A stretch of 64,000 bases of DNA from an uncultured delta proteobacterium (GCA_963737905.1 CAVTUQ010000010.1:1-64000), one strand, 5' to 3'. Shown: positions 10,338-20,036, counted from the stretch's first letter. The notes: generated by a model not told the origin, from the letters alone. Numbers and translations: made by a program.

Positions 10338-13300
10338 TTAACCCTCGCCCTCTGGGAGAGGGAATGGGTGAGGGTTGATCGGCAGGGTGAATGTAAACTT
10401 GCTTCCTTTCCCGACTTCGCTCTCGACCCAGATTTTTCCGCCGTGCAACTCCACAAACTTCTTGGCCAGCGTTAATCCAAGTCCGGTCCCCTCGACCTTG
10501 TGTGTATAGTCGGAGCCTACCTGACGAAACTCCTCGAAGATCTTTGGCTGGTCCTCTGGCGCAATGCCGACACCGGTGTCACTGACTGATATCTCCACAA
10601 CACCGTCGGCCTGCCTGGCTTCAATCCCGATCCGCCCGCCCTCCGGGGTGAACTTCACTGCGTTGGAAAGAAGGTTGAGAAGTATCTGCTTTATCTTGCG
10701 CTCATCGCCGGTGAAGTCGCCGAGGCGCTCGTCTACGGTAACATCGAGTGTGATGCCGTGCCGTGTGGCGCGCTCGCGCACAAAGGTGCGCGCGTTATCT
10801 ATTGCCAAGGGTAGGTCGAAGGTGGCCACTTCCAGCTCCATACGCCCGGCTTCGACCTTGGAGAGATCGAGAATCTCATTGATCAGTGAGAGCAGGTGAC
10901 GGCCGGAGGTGAGAATGTCGTCGGTGTATTCGGCTTGCTTCTCGTTTAACTCGCCGAACAGTCTCTCGCCCAAGACTTCAGAGAAGCCGATGATCGCGTT
11001 GAGCGGCGTGCGCAGCTCATGGGACATGTTGGCGAGGAACTCCGACTTGTGCCGATTTGCGGCCTCGATCTGCCGGCTCTTATCCTCGATTTCCCGAAAC
11101 AGCCGCGCGTTCTGAATCGCCAGTAGCGATTGCGTTGCAAACGTCTGAAGCAAATTTACGACTTCTGTTGAAAAACTTCCCGCCGTGCGACGATAGATAG
11201 TCAGCCCTCCCATGATCCGGTCCTCTCGCAGGAGTGGAACCGCGAGCAAAGACCGATAACCAAGTTGTCGTAGCAGGGGCCTAAACCGTGTGGCAGTGTA
11301 TTGCCGCTCGTCAAGTATATCTGTAACTTCCACTGGCGCTCGTGTTGTCGCCGCTTGCCCCACCGCGCCCGAACCCATTTGGATCGGACTGGAGTGCAGC
11401 GCCTCAACCAACTCTTTTTCGATCTGGTGGCTCCCTCGAAGTTGAAATTCCTGGGTAGCCTCGTCGTATTCATAGATCGCTCCACCGTCGGCACCGCTAA
11501 GCTGGACGGCATGCGAAGCAATGCGCGTTAAAACCGTTTCCAGTTCCAAAGTCGAGCTGACAGCTTGACCCACCTCGCCGAGCGCTCTCAGTTCCCCGAC
11601 CGAGCGCGCCAGTTCGCTTGTCCGTGCCTCCAGTTCTTGGAACAATCGAACGTTCTCGATCGCAATTACCGCCTGGTCGGCGAAGGTTTTGAGCAGGGCG
11701 ATTTGCTTTTCAGAGAATGGACGGACCTCCGTTCGGCGAACATTAATTGCACCAATGGGAATACCTTCGCGTAGTAGTGGCATTGCCAGGATGGTTCGAG
11801 CGCCGGTAACCCGCTGAATGTCCCTGGATTCTGGGAACTCGGTTTCAATCTCTGAGGCAACGTCAATCACATGAATCGTTTGGCGGTCGATGATGGCTCG
11901 GCCAGTAGGTGTTCCGCGGGTCATCGAGAATTCATTTACAGCTGGCATGGGCCCAAACATTGCCACTTGCCGAAGTATATCCCCTTCGACACGGAAGATT
12001 TGAGCATCGCTTGAATCGCACAGCCGTGCGGCGTTTTCCGCCACAGTGTCGAGAACAGGTTGAATGTCCGTCGGCGAACTGGCGATGACACGCAGAATCT
12101 CGCTCGTCGCAGTCTGCTGCTCCAGGGCCTCGGTGAGATCGCGGTTGCGTTCCTGCAGTTCTTTGAACAGCCGCACGTTCTCGATAGCGATCACGGCCTG
12201 GTCGGCGAAGGTTTCGAGCAGTCTGATCTGGGCCGGAGTGAAGGGACGCACCTCGATGCGACGCGCGGTCAGTATTCCAATGAGTTCCCCCTGCTGACGA
12301 AGGGGAACAACCAAAAAGGTGCGTGCGCCGGAGACGGCACCCATCATTGGGAAATCATTCTGTGCGCGGACATCGGAAACATGAAGCGTGCCATGCTCGC
12401 GCATCCAGCGATGCTGGGGCTCATCAATACCGATCTCAATGCGGGCAATAGGTATGGGAATGGGACCAGTATGAGCCCGCGAAACCAGACTGTTTCCCTC
12501 GCGGAGTCGCAGCCCCACGTCATCAATCCCACAAACCCGGGCCGCGCTCTCGACGATGGCGTCAAGGACCGGTTGAACGTCCGTAGGCGAACGGCTGATG
12601 ATGCCAAGCACCTCGGCGGTCGCCGTCTGATGCTCCAGAGCCTCGCGCAATTCAGCGTTGCGCTCTCCGAGTTCCCGGAACAGTCGCACGTTCTCGATAG
12701 CGATCACCGCTTGATCGGCGAAGGTCTTCAAGAGAGCTATCTGTTTGTCGGAGAATGGCCGAACCTCGGTCCGCAGCACCGACAGCGCCCCGACAGCCGT
12801 CCCCTCGCGGAGCAGAGGCGTAACCGTCACGCTACGGTATTCGTAGCGGCGCTGCAGCGCCTTGGTATCAGGGAATTCCGACTCGACCGCCTCTGCCAGG
12901 TCAGCAACTACGACCGTCGTTCGATCCAGCACCGCGCGCCCAGGCGGGAACCCGCGGCCGAGCGGCACTGGACTCCCGGCAGGGAGAGCCTCGTGTAAGC
13001 CTGAATGAGCCGCTAGGAAGAAACGGGAACCGTCGAGCCGGAAGATAACCGCGTCGCTGGCGTCGCACAGGCGGATGGCACTGGAAGTGACGGCATCCAG
13101 CACCGGCTGAATATCGGTTGGCGAGCTGGCGATCACGCGCAGAATCTCGCTTGTGGCCGTCTGCTGCTCCAGAGCCTCGGTCAAATCGCGGTTGCGCGCC
13201 TCAGATTCTTGGAACAATCGGGCGTTTTCAATCGCAATCACAGCCTGGTCGGCGAAGGTCTTGAGTAGTGCGATTTGTTTGTCAGTGAACGGCCGAACTT

Positions 13301-13832
13301 CCATCCGGCGAATAATGATGGCCCCGATGGGGACATCCTGTCGCATCAGCGGCGTGACAAGCACGGTGCGATAACCGAAACGCTGCGCCAGGGCTACGCC
13401 CACGGGGAATTCATCCTTTACCTCCGCTGCTAGGTCATGAATGTGGATCGTTTGCCGGTCGATCACGGCGCGACCGCTTACCGAGCCACGACTGAGTGTT
13501 GTCGAATCAGCCTCACTCATATGGGGGATTTGCCCGTAATGGGCGACGACGGCAAGAACATCGCCATCGACGCGACGGATAAGGACATCGCTCGCCTCAC
13601 ACAGTCGGGCGGCGCTCTCCGCAACCGCGTCCAGCACTGGCTGCAAATTCGTCGACGAGCTGGCGATCATCCGCAGAATCTCGCTCGCCGCCGCCTCCCG
13701 TTCGAGCGACTCGTCGAGGGCGCGCCGCAATGACTGAATGTTTTGCGTTTGTTCGGGCAGAGACTTCTTCACCACCGGCGGGCGCCGTTTTGCCTTGCTT
13801 TTTCGAGAACCTTTCTTCGGGGTGGAAGCCAT
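10338..13832 (-). CDS. Cytoplasmic sensor histidine kinase with five tandem GAF domains
   Basis: Five GAF modules ending in LLxTFAxQxxxAIxNxRLF; H-box [14 protein letters not shown]; [22 protein letters not shown]; no TM segment. Confidence 0.95.
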   Translation of the reverse strand: MASTPKKGSRKSKAKRRPPVVKKSLPEQTQNIQSLRRALDESLEREAAASEILRMIASSSTNLQPVLDAVAESAARLCEASDVLIRRVDGDVLAVVAHYGQIPHMSEADSTTLSRGSVSGRAVIDRQTIHIHDLAAEVKDEFPVGVALAQRFGYRTVLVTPLMRQDVPIGAIIIRRMEVRPFTDKQIALLKTFADQAVIAIENARLFQESEARNRDLTEALEQQTATSEILRVIASSPTDIQPVLDAVTSSAIRLCDASDAVIFRLDGSRFFLAAHSGLHEALPAGSPVPLGRGFPPGRAVLDRTTVVVADLAEAVESEFPDTKALQRRYEYRSVTVTPLLREGTAVGALSVLRTEVRPFSDKQIALLKTFADQAVIAIENVRLFRELGERNAELREALEHQTATAEVLGIISRSPTDVQPVLDAIVESAARVCGIDDVGLRLREGNSLVSRAHTGPIPIPIARIEIGIDEPQHRWMREHGTLHVSDVRAQNDFPMMGAVSGARTFLVVPLRQQGELIGILTARRIEVRPFTPAQIRLLETFADQAVIAIENVRLFKELQERNRDLTEALEQQTATSEILRVIASSPTDIQPVLDTVAENAARLCDSSDAQIFRVEGDILRQVAMFGPMPAVNEFSMTRGTPTGRAIIDRQTIHVIDVASEIETEFPESRDIQRVTGARTILAMPLLREGIPIGAINVRRTEVRPFSEKQIALLKTFADQAVIAIENVRLFQELEARTSELARSVGELRALGEVGQAVSSTLELETVLTRIASHAVQLSGADGGAIYEYDEATQEFQLRGSHQIEKELVEALHSSPIQMGSGAVGQAATTRAPVEVTDILDERQYTATRFRPLLRQLGYRSLLAVPLLREDRIMGGLTIYRRTAGSFSTEVVNLLQTFATQSLLAIQNARLFREIEDKSRQIEAANRHKSEFLANMSHELRTPLNAIIGFSEVLGERLFGELNEKQAEYTDDILTSGRHLLSLINEILDLSKVEAGRMELEVATFDLPLAIDNARTFVRERATRHGITLDVTVDERLGDFTGDERKIKQILLNLLSNAVKFTPEGGRIGIEARQADGVVEISVSDTGVGIAPEDQPKIFEEFRQVGSDYTHKVEGTGLGLTLAKKFVELHGGKIWVESEVGKGSKFTFTLPINPHPFPLPEGEG
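10340..10376. repeat. REP-like palindrome forming the last codons of the kinase
   Basis: accctcgccctctgggagagggaatgggtgagggtt encodes [12 protein letters not shown]-stop on the minus strand. Confidence 0.75.
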
Positions 13833-14083
13833 AAAAGACCGACACGAGTTGAGCTGACTTTTATGCTAGGTAGTTGAAAGCGTCAAGCGGGTCTAGCAGA
13901 GATCTCAGAGATCTCACCGCAAAGGCGCTGAGGACGCGTCCTTCGACTAAGCGCAGGATGCGCGGCTATGAAAAATCCTGCGCCTGGTGATCTTGTCGAA
14001 CTCGGCGCGCTCCGCGTCTCCGTGGTGAGTAGTCTCTGATGCTAAACCGGAAGAGCAAAATGTCACCGAGCGGCTTTATCGAT

Positions 14084-15709
14084 CTACAACGCGGCGCCAC
14101 GGACGCGATCAATCAACGCTCCGACATCTGCAGGTATTCGATCAGCGCGCCAGGCAACGTGGCCGTCGGGACGTACCAAAACGAGACGGCGTCCGTAGCG
14201 CTCGAGCACTTCGGGTTCTCGCAGCGTCATCACCTGAAGGGGCATCTTTACTTGAGCCGCTGCCTGGATCAACACCGAGGAGTCAGGCGCCTCGGGTCCA
14301 AGTCTGAGCAAGACGAAATCGCGACCGAACAAGTCAAGGGTTGATCGGCCGTCGGCTAGCCAGACATGCGGCGCCCGGGAGCCGGGGCGCGCCGTCGGTA
14401 CATAGGTCTCCGGTGTGTCCGCTGGCGGCGGTGTACCGTCGGGCACACAGATTGGCGAGGGATCGTAACGGTAACCAAGTTGCACGCCGATAGTCCGGAA
14501 CATGCGCGCGATGTCGCGTAGCAGTTGCTCGCCCAGGCGCTTGCGGATTTCATTTCCCTCGGATGTGGCGTCCTCGATTGCTTCAACGCCGCGTTCGAAA
14601 TCGCGATGGCCCTGGAAATATCCGGTTGCCGCCCGGACGTTCCGTTCTCCGATTGGCCGTCGCTCAGCGTCGTAGGTGCCGAGGAGGCCGTCGCCGCCCC
14701 ATCCTTCGATCACTGCGGCCAGCTTCCAACTCAGGTCCACCGCATCAGCGATCCCAGTGTTCATGCCGAGCGCGCCGGTCGGGGACAACTGGTGGACCGA
14801 GTCGCCCAGGAGATGAACCGGCCCTTGCGAATAGCGCTCCGCCACGACACCGCGCCTTGTCCACACGCTAACGCCGACCCATTCCACGTCGATGTCCCGG
14901 CCCAGCGCGCGGCGTAGATACGCATTGCGGTCGATACTGTTCGGATCGAGATCCGCGGGCGAATCGAGCACCATCAGCCGCCAGAGTCCTTGCACCGGGT
15001 CGATGATGCGGATGTTCGCCCACAGGCCGTTGCGGTCGATCGCCAGGTAAAAAGTTCCGGGCTTGATGCCGAGCTTCCCGAACAGGTCGGGGACACGGAA
15101 GAACATGTGAAACGGGCGGCTGAGCACTTCGGATCCGACTAACTTGATGCCGAGCGCGCGCCGGATGGTGCTGTTCGCTCCATCGCAGGCGGCGAGAAAG
15201 CGCGGCTTCACTTTTTCGCGTTGTCCAGTGTCGCGATGGACAATCTCGGCCGTTACTCCGCCATCACTTAGCTCGAATGTTTCGAGCCGGCAACGATGGC
15301 GAAGTGTCACGACGGAATAGGACTGGGCGAGTTCGCATAATATCGGATCGAACCATGTTTGCGAGCATATCTGCTGGATCATCGGGCTGAGCGGTCCGGT
15401 GGTCTGGTGCTTTTTGGCGGGCCGCTCCATTCGCGCCAGCTCGTATCCGCCGAGACTGGTTACGAAGACGGCATCCATCGGATGATCGTCGGGAAACGGA
15501 CAGTTCACCACCTTGTCAGCAATGCCCCAACGGCGGCAGAACTCCATGGTCCGAACGTTCACCTCATTCATCTTCGGCGTGTTGATCCGGCCGTCCGTCT
15601 GCTCAACGAGGACGCACTCAATGCCACGCCAGCCCAGATCGGCGGCGAGGGCGAGCCCGACCGGTCCCCCGCCGACAATGAGCACGGGTGTTTCAAGCAC
15701 TGAAACCAC
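14084..15709 (-). CDS. FAD-dependent monooxygenase (PheA/TfdB, FAD_binding_3 family)
   Basis: VLIVGGGPVGL, ACDGANS, LLGDSVHQLSPTGALGMNTGIADA, LVRPDGHVAWR. Confidence 0.92.
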   Translation of the reverse strand: MVSVLETPVLIVGGGPVGLALAADLGWRGIECVLVEQTDGRINTPKMNEVNVRTMEFCRRWGIADKVVNCPFPDDHPMDAVFVTSLGGYELARMERPAKKHQTTGPLSPMIQQICSQTWFDPILCELAQSYSVVTLRHRCRLETFELSDGGVTAEIVHRDTGQREKVKPRFLAACDGANSTIRRALGIKLVGSEVLSRPFHMFFRVPDLFGKLGIKPGTFYLAIDRNGLWANIRIIDPVQGLWRLMVLDSPADLDPNSIDRNAYLRRALGRDIDVEWVGVSVWTRRGVVAERYSQGPVHLLGDSVHQLSPTGALGMNTGIADAVDLSWKLAAVIEGWGGDGLLGTYDAERRPIGERNVRAATGYFQGHRDFERGVEAIEDATSEGNEIRKRLGEQLLRDIARMFRTIGVQLGYRYDPSPICVPDGTPPPADTPETYVPTARPGSRAPHVWLADGRSTLDLFGRDFVLLRLGPEAPDSSVLIQAAAQVKMPLQVMTLREPEVLERYGRRLVLVRPDGHVAWRADRIPADVGALIDRVRGAAL

Positions 15710-15804
15710 TTGCGCTCCTCCCGGGGTGGTGGTCGTTCAGGGCGTACGCCATTGCGGCGATGAAAATGATCATCATGATCGTCCTTTGTTTCAATGCCGG
15801 TTTA

Positions 15805-16626
15805 CTAGCCGGCCCGCTCGATCTCCAACACGGCAACCGCGCAGCCGGTGGACCAGGCGGGCACCGGCTGATAGGCAAGCAACGATCCGCGTGCGTCAGC
15901 CGCCGCGCCGGCAATGGCAATCCACGTGCGGATCTCATGCCCGCCCGGCCCCGCTTCCGCTTCTAGCTTCTCTTTGGGATAGCGCAGGAAACTCTCGATT
16001 CGTCCACTGAGGAATGCATCGAGAAAGCGCCGGTCGAAATCGATCCCGATCTGTCCGGACTCCGGCATTGCCGGCCAGTGCGAGAGGCCGCCGGTGCCAA
16101 GGAGTGCAACTCGTTCCGGCCAACGATCCACCGTGCGCCGTAGCGCAACTCCAAGGGCGTGGCAGCGATGAAGCGGCGCGGGCATGCCCGCAAGACAATT
16201 GACGATGATCGGTATTACTGGGAGCTCGGTTCGCAGCAGATGCAAAGGGAGCATCACACCGTGATCGAACGCTAGCTCCTGCGAGGTAGAGAGGTCCACG
16301 TCTTCGGCGATGCCCTGGGCGAGCGCGCGGGCGAGCCGCACGTGTCCGCGGACGCTCCGGCGCGGGATATTGACGAACTTCTCGTCCGTCGGTCCCGAAA
16401 ATTCGTCAGCGATACCGATACAAAACGACGGCATGTTATCGAGAAAAAAATTTGCCCAATGTTCGGGCGAGACGACGACCAGCACGTCCGGCCGCGCGGC
16501 TTCGAGGCGGCTGCGCAGCTCGGCATAGGCGCGGAAGATGGGCTCCGATTCTACTGCCGGCGGTAGAGATGGCCGCCCCGTTATACCGGGCGCGTGGCTA
16601 GCGGCAAAGGCTCCGACGAGGCTCAC
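15805..16626 (-). CDS. Extradiol ring-cleavage dioxygenase, LigB-type beta subunit
   Basis: AASHAP, EHWANFFLDNMPSFCIG, FDHG, GTGGLSHWP, GHEIRTWI. Confidence 0.9.
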   Translation of the reverse strand: MSLVGAFAASHAPGITGRPSLPPAVESEPIFRAYAELRSRLEAARPDVLVVVSPEHWANFFLDNMPSFCIGIADEFSGPTDEKFVNIPRRSVRGHVRLARALAQGIAEDVDLSTSQELAFDHGVMLPLHLLRTELPVIPIIVNCLAGMPAPLHRCHALGVALRRTVDRWPERVALLGTGGLSHWPAMPESGQIGIDFDRRFLDAFLSGRIESFLRYPKEKLEAEAGPGGHEIRTWIAIAGAAADARGSLLAYQPVPAWSTGCAVAVLEIERAG

Positions 16627-16880
16627 AGCTGATTTCCCCTGAGGATCGCCAAGTAATCAGGAAAGCTCAGACCAAGCGTCGCCGCGAGCGGTCCGAGCAA
16701 CAACGAGTGCACGCCCATCTCGTATAGACGTCGGAAGTCTGTCTCCAAAAGGGCGAGTTGCTCCTCTTCGCTGAGCCGGTATTCGGCGATCAGAGTTTCT
16801 CGCTCGCCAAGAAACCGGTCGAACATCTTCGGTTCACGGTTGACGTGGAAGAGAAGCTTCTGAACTTCGTAAAGACTCAT
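16623..16880 (-). CDS. LigA-like small subunit of extradiol dioxygenase
   Basis: MSLYEVQKLLF...LSEEEQLALL..D...LYEMGVHSLLL; 4-bp overlap with the LigB-type gene. Confidence 0.8.
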   Translation of the reverse strand: MSLYEVQKLLFHVNREPKMFDRFLGERETLIAEYRLSEEEQLALLETDFRRLYEMGVHSLLLGPLAATLGLSFPDYLAILRGNQL

Positions 16881-16886
16881 ACCTGT

Positions 16887-16952
16887 GTTTCAAGTTCAAA
16901 TCGTTCAAGCCGTTCAATCGCTTCGCTCCGTTCAATCCCCCTCCTTTATCCT
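16887..16952. repeat. Left half of the composite palindromic repeat split by the IS110 insertion
   Basis: GTTCAA 9-mers followed by cccctcctttatcct; continues at 18474. Confidence 0.85.
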
Positions 16953-16964
16953 TATATTAACATC

Positions 16965-17180
16965 ATTGCAGATTGACATAGAGGAGATCATGTTTATGTG
17001 ACACCGATTTCAAGAGCTTGCTGGTTGAGGACCACCTTTATCCTATCCCTTATTCGAGGATCTGGGAGAGACTGTCCCGGCCAGTAAGAGAACGGAGCTA
17101 GAGGTTCAATAGAAAGTAGTCCCCTTTTGGAGGACCGATATAAGGCTAACTTTCCGTTCAGAGCTATTGGGATTGGAATT
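16965..17180 (+). ncRNA. Predicted IS110 bridge RNA (target-binding and donor-binding loops)
   Basis: Guides at 17035-17044 (target left + core), 17064-17070, 17109-17117 (donor left) and 17138-17144 (reverse complement of core + donor right) lie in two internal loops; RNA ends are approximate. Confidence 0.88.
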
Positions 17181-17203
17181 ACATAACGGAGGAGTAACAG
17201 ACA

Positions 17204-18430
17204 GTGAAACGATACTACATAGGAGTGGATTGGGGCGACCGCTTGCATCAGGTGTACGTCGGCGATGAGGAGGGGAAGAAGGTAAGAGAGATGAAAGTGC
17301 CAGAGAGCCCGGAGGGGTTGGCCGAGATCGGGCGCTGGCTCGACGAGCGAAGAGCCGAGGGGCTTGAGCTGTGGGCGGCCATTGAGAAGCCGGCGGGGCG
17401 GATTGTGGACTTTCTGCTCGATCACGGGGTGGAGGTTTACCCGGTCAATCCCAAGGCGCTGGATCGAGTGCGGGATCGTTATCGAATGAGCGACTCGAAG
17501 AGCGATGCGTTTGATGCCTATGTGTTGGCGGAGTTTCTGAGAACCGATCAGGCGCACTTGAGAGTGCTTCGACCGAGCTCTGAGAAAGCCCAAGAGCTTA
17601 AAATCCTGAGTCGGGATCAGCGCCGAGTGGGGCGCCAGAAAACGCGGTTGCTCAATCAGCTCACCACCACGCTCAAAGAGTATTATGCTCGGCCCCTGGA
17701 GGCCTTTGAGGACCTGGAGACTGAGATCGCCCTGGATTTTCTCAAACAGTATCCGACCCCGGCTCACCTCAGTGCACTTAAACGTAAAGAGTTCAATCGC
17801 TTTGCCACCACCCAACATCATCTCAGTAAACAGCGCTGTGAGGAGTTGTGGAAAAAGCTTAACCAACCGCAACTTGCGGTGCCCGAACATGTGGTCAGAG
17901 CCAAGGCACAGCTGGTTGAGGTCCTCATCGAGCAGCTTCGGGCTTCGATCAAAGCGGTGAAGATCTATAACCACAAGGTCGAGAGTTTTTTCGCCTCTAG
18001 CCCGGCCGCTCAGTTTGCTAAGACGCTGCCGGGCGCAAAAAGCGGAACCCTGGTGGCGGCGATCTCGGCCGAACTCGGCGATGCCCAGGGTCGCTGGGAA
18101 TCCTCTCGCCATCTTCAAGCCGAAGCGGGAGCGGTACCGGTGACCAAAGCCAGTGGCAAGAGTCATGTCGTACATTTTCGTTTTGCCTGTAACAAGCATC
18201 TGCGCCACGCGATGTACTGGTTTTCCTTTGTCTCGCTCAACCACAGTGAGTGGGCTAAGCTCTACTACCGGGGACAGAGGGATAAAGGTCATAGCCATCA
18301 CCAAGCGTTGCGCGCCCTGGGAGCCAAGTGGCTCAAGATTATCTTTGTGATGTGGCGAGACCATAAGCCTTACGATGAAAATTTCCACCTGGCCAACATC
18401 GCTCGTCAGAAGATGCGTCAGGCGGCGTGA
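17204..18430 (+). CDS. IS110 family recombinase/transposase (DEDD RuvC-like + Tnp domain)
   Basis: YIGVDWG, AIEKP, KSDAFDA acidic tetrad; AGAVPVTKASGKS serine motif; RBS ggaggag before GTG. Confidence 0.95.
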   Translation: MKRYYIGVDWGDRLHQVYVGDEEGKKVREMKVPESPEGLAEIGRWLDERRAEGLELWAAIEKPAGRIVDFLLDHGVEVYPVNPKALDRVRDRYRMSDSKSDAFDAYVLAEFLRTDQAHLRVLRPSSEKAQELKILSRDQRRVGRQKTRLLNQLTTTLKEYYARPLEAFEDLETEIALDFLKQYPTPAHLSALKRKEFNRFATTQHHLSKQRCEELWKKLNQPQLAVPEHVVRAKAQLVEVLIEQLRASIKAVKIYNHKVESFFASSPAAQFAKTLPGAKSGTLVAAISAELGDAQGRWESSRHLQAEAGAVPVTKASGKSHVVHFRFACNKHLRHAMYWFSFVSLNHSEWAKLYYRGQRDKGHSHHQALRALGAKWLKIIFVMWRDHKPYDENFHLANIARQKMRQAA

Positions 18431-18450
18431 AATATTTTTTAAAAAAGGGC

Positions 18451-18456
18451 TTGACA
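18451..18456 (+). promoter_or_regulatory. -35 box (TTGACA) of the IS110 circle-junction promoter
   Basis: In the circular form it lies exactly 17 nt upstream of TATATT (16953-16958). Confidence 0.85.
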
Positions 18457-18473
18457 AGTTTCATAGAAAGTCT

Positions 18474-18544
18474 CCCCCGCGTCCGCTCGCGTCCGCGGGG
18501 GAGGAAAGAGGTGGGGGATGGAACGGCTTGAACGTCTTGAACGG
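18474..18544. repeat. Right half of the composite palindromic repeat split by IS110
   Basis: cccccgcgtccgctcgcgtccgcgggggaggaaagaggtggggg then TTGAAC 9-mers. Confidence 0.85.
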
Positions 18545-18564
18545 CCATGTTTGACACAGCCCCG

Positions 18565-19563
18565 CTAGCGATAGAGCTGCTCGATCCAGTTCTCCTTAAC
18601 CAACCTCTCCAGAGGAACAGGATCGCGAAAATAATCCGGCCGATTCATCATCTCCTTGGGCACCGGGCTGCTTTCGGCAAGCTCTTCCAAAACCGCCTTG
18701 ATCCCGCCATCCGTTACCGTTGGCAGGCGCTTGAAAAGGTCCGCATAGACCTGAACGGTTCTCTTGGCGATCTCAGGATCTGGTTGCCGGAGCCACTTAT
18801 TAAAAACTTTCTCGGTGAACGAACGGTCTTTCTTTATGAGGTGAATTGCCTCGACGTAGGCTCTGAGAAAGCGGTCAACGACTCTCGGGCTTTCTTTGAT
18901 GAAGACCCGGCTGCTGACCACGCAAGACGCCGGGTAAACGAAATCGGTCTTCGTCAGATCGAGCAGAACCGGCCATCCTTTTTGCAAATAGGGAAGGGCG
19001 AGATTGAACGGCAAAGCCGCGGCGTCAATCTGTCCCGCCTCCAGTGCCCCGGAGAAATCCAATCCGAGCTGCAGGACTTTGACATCCTTTGGATCCAGCC
19101 CGGCATACCGCAGCGCCGCGCGCAAATAAAAATGCGTGGTCGACCCTAGCCGCGTCACCGCCGCTGTCTTGCCTTTTAGCTCGGCGGCGTTTTTCATTCC
19201 CGGTCGCGCGATCAGGTAAACCGCATCGGCATCGACAGGACAAGCCAACAGAGCGACGTCGCCGCCTTTGAGTCGTGCCGCCACGACCGAAGCGGCCCCC
19301 GCCCCCGAAAAATTCAGCTCCCCGCTCACCACCCCCATCGTGATCAAGGTCCCGCTCTGGATGAAGATGACTTCAACGTTAGTCAGGCCATGCTTCGAGA
19401 ACAAACGCGCATCTTGGGCAACCCATACCGGAAGGTTCATAATGCTGTTGGTTGTCCCGTAGCGAAGGAGCTGCGTCTCCTGGGCAAACGCGAAACTTGA
19501 CAGCGCTCCCATGCAACAACCGAGCACCAATAACCGAAGACCAGATCCGCTGACCATAGTCAT
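18565..19563 (-). CDS. NitT/TauT family ABC substrate-binding protein
   Basis: LPVWVAQDARLFSKHGL, ELKGKTAAVTRLGS. Confidence 0.9.
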   Translation of the reverse strand: MTMVSGSGLRLLVLGCCMGALSSFAFAQETQLLRYGTTNSIMNLPVWVAQDARLFSKHGLTNVEVIFIQSGTLITMGVVSGELNFSGAGAASVVAARLKGGDVALLACPVDADAVYLIARPGMKNAAELKGKTAAVTRLGSTTHFYLRAALRYAGLDPKDVKVLQLGLDFSGALEAGQIDAAALPFNLALPYLQKGWPVLLDLTKTDFVYPASCVVSSRVFIKESPRVVDRFLRAYVEAIHLIKKDRSFTEKVFNKWLRQPDPEIAKRTVQVYADLFKRLPTVTDGGIKAVLEELAESSPVPKEMMNRPDYFRDPVPLERLVKENWIEQLYR

Positions 19564-20036
19564 CGCTCGCTCGAAAAGACCTTGCGCTCCACTGCTTCCT
19601 GATCGTAGGGAACAAACTGATTCTCACCGGGGCCCCGCAGCCTTGGTGTCTCTCCCTCATCGAAGAGACCGGCGGCGCCTTTGATGATGTCTCCGCCGAC
19701 CAATGGTGGGGAATGGGATTCGACAACCACTGCATCTGACTGAGAACGATTCCATGCCCAATGGACTTTGTTCGCGGGAATGCGATGAAAATCTCCCTTC
19801 TTGCACAGGTAGCCTTCGTCCTCGACGAAGAACCAGATCTCGCCATCCAGGACGTGATTGATCTGTTCCGAGACATGCATATGGGGTTTAGTGTGGTAGC
19901 CCGGAGGCCGGGTGGCCATCATGAGGCTGCTTTCGTTGCCGTAGGCCTGCTTCACGACCATCGAGCCTTGTCCCTGGTCCGCGCTCAACACGACTTTTTT
20001 CACCGGAACGTTTTCTGCTTTTACACGCAGCGCCAT
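19560..20036 (-). CDS. Cupin domain protein
   Basis: GYHTKPHMHVSEQ...RIPANKVHW; ATG 20036. Confidence 0.85.
   Translation of the reverse strand: MALRVKAENVPVKKVVLSADQGQGSMVVKQAYGNESSLMMATRPPGYHTKPHMHVSEQINHVLDGEIWFFVEDEGYLCKKGDFHRIPANKVHWAWNRSQSDAVVVESHSPPLVGGDIIKGAAGLFDEGETPRLRGPGENQFVPYDQEAVERKVFSSER

Larger units (their letters stand above)
16953..18473 (+). mobile_element. Complete IS110-family insertion sequence with CT core, no terminal IRs
   Basis: CT at both junctions (16951-16952 and 18472-18473); removing the element restores the palindrome CTCCTTTATCCTCCCCCGCG...CGCGGGGGAGGAAAGAGG. Confidence 0.93.

Noticed and set aside
16994-18457. 487-aa ORF antisense to the IS110 recombinase
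   Set aside because: Shadow ORF on the opposite strand of a well-supported gene; no recognisable motifs.
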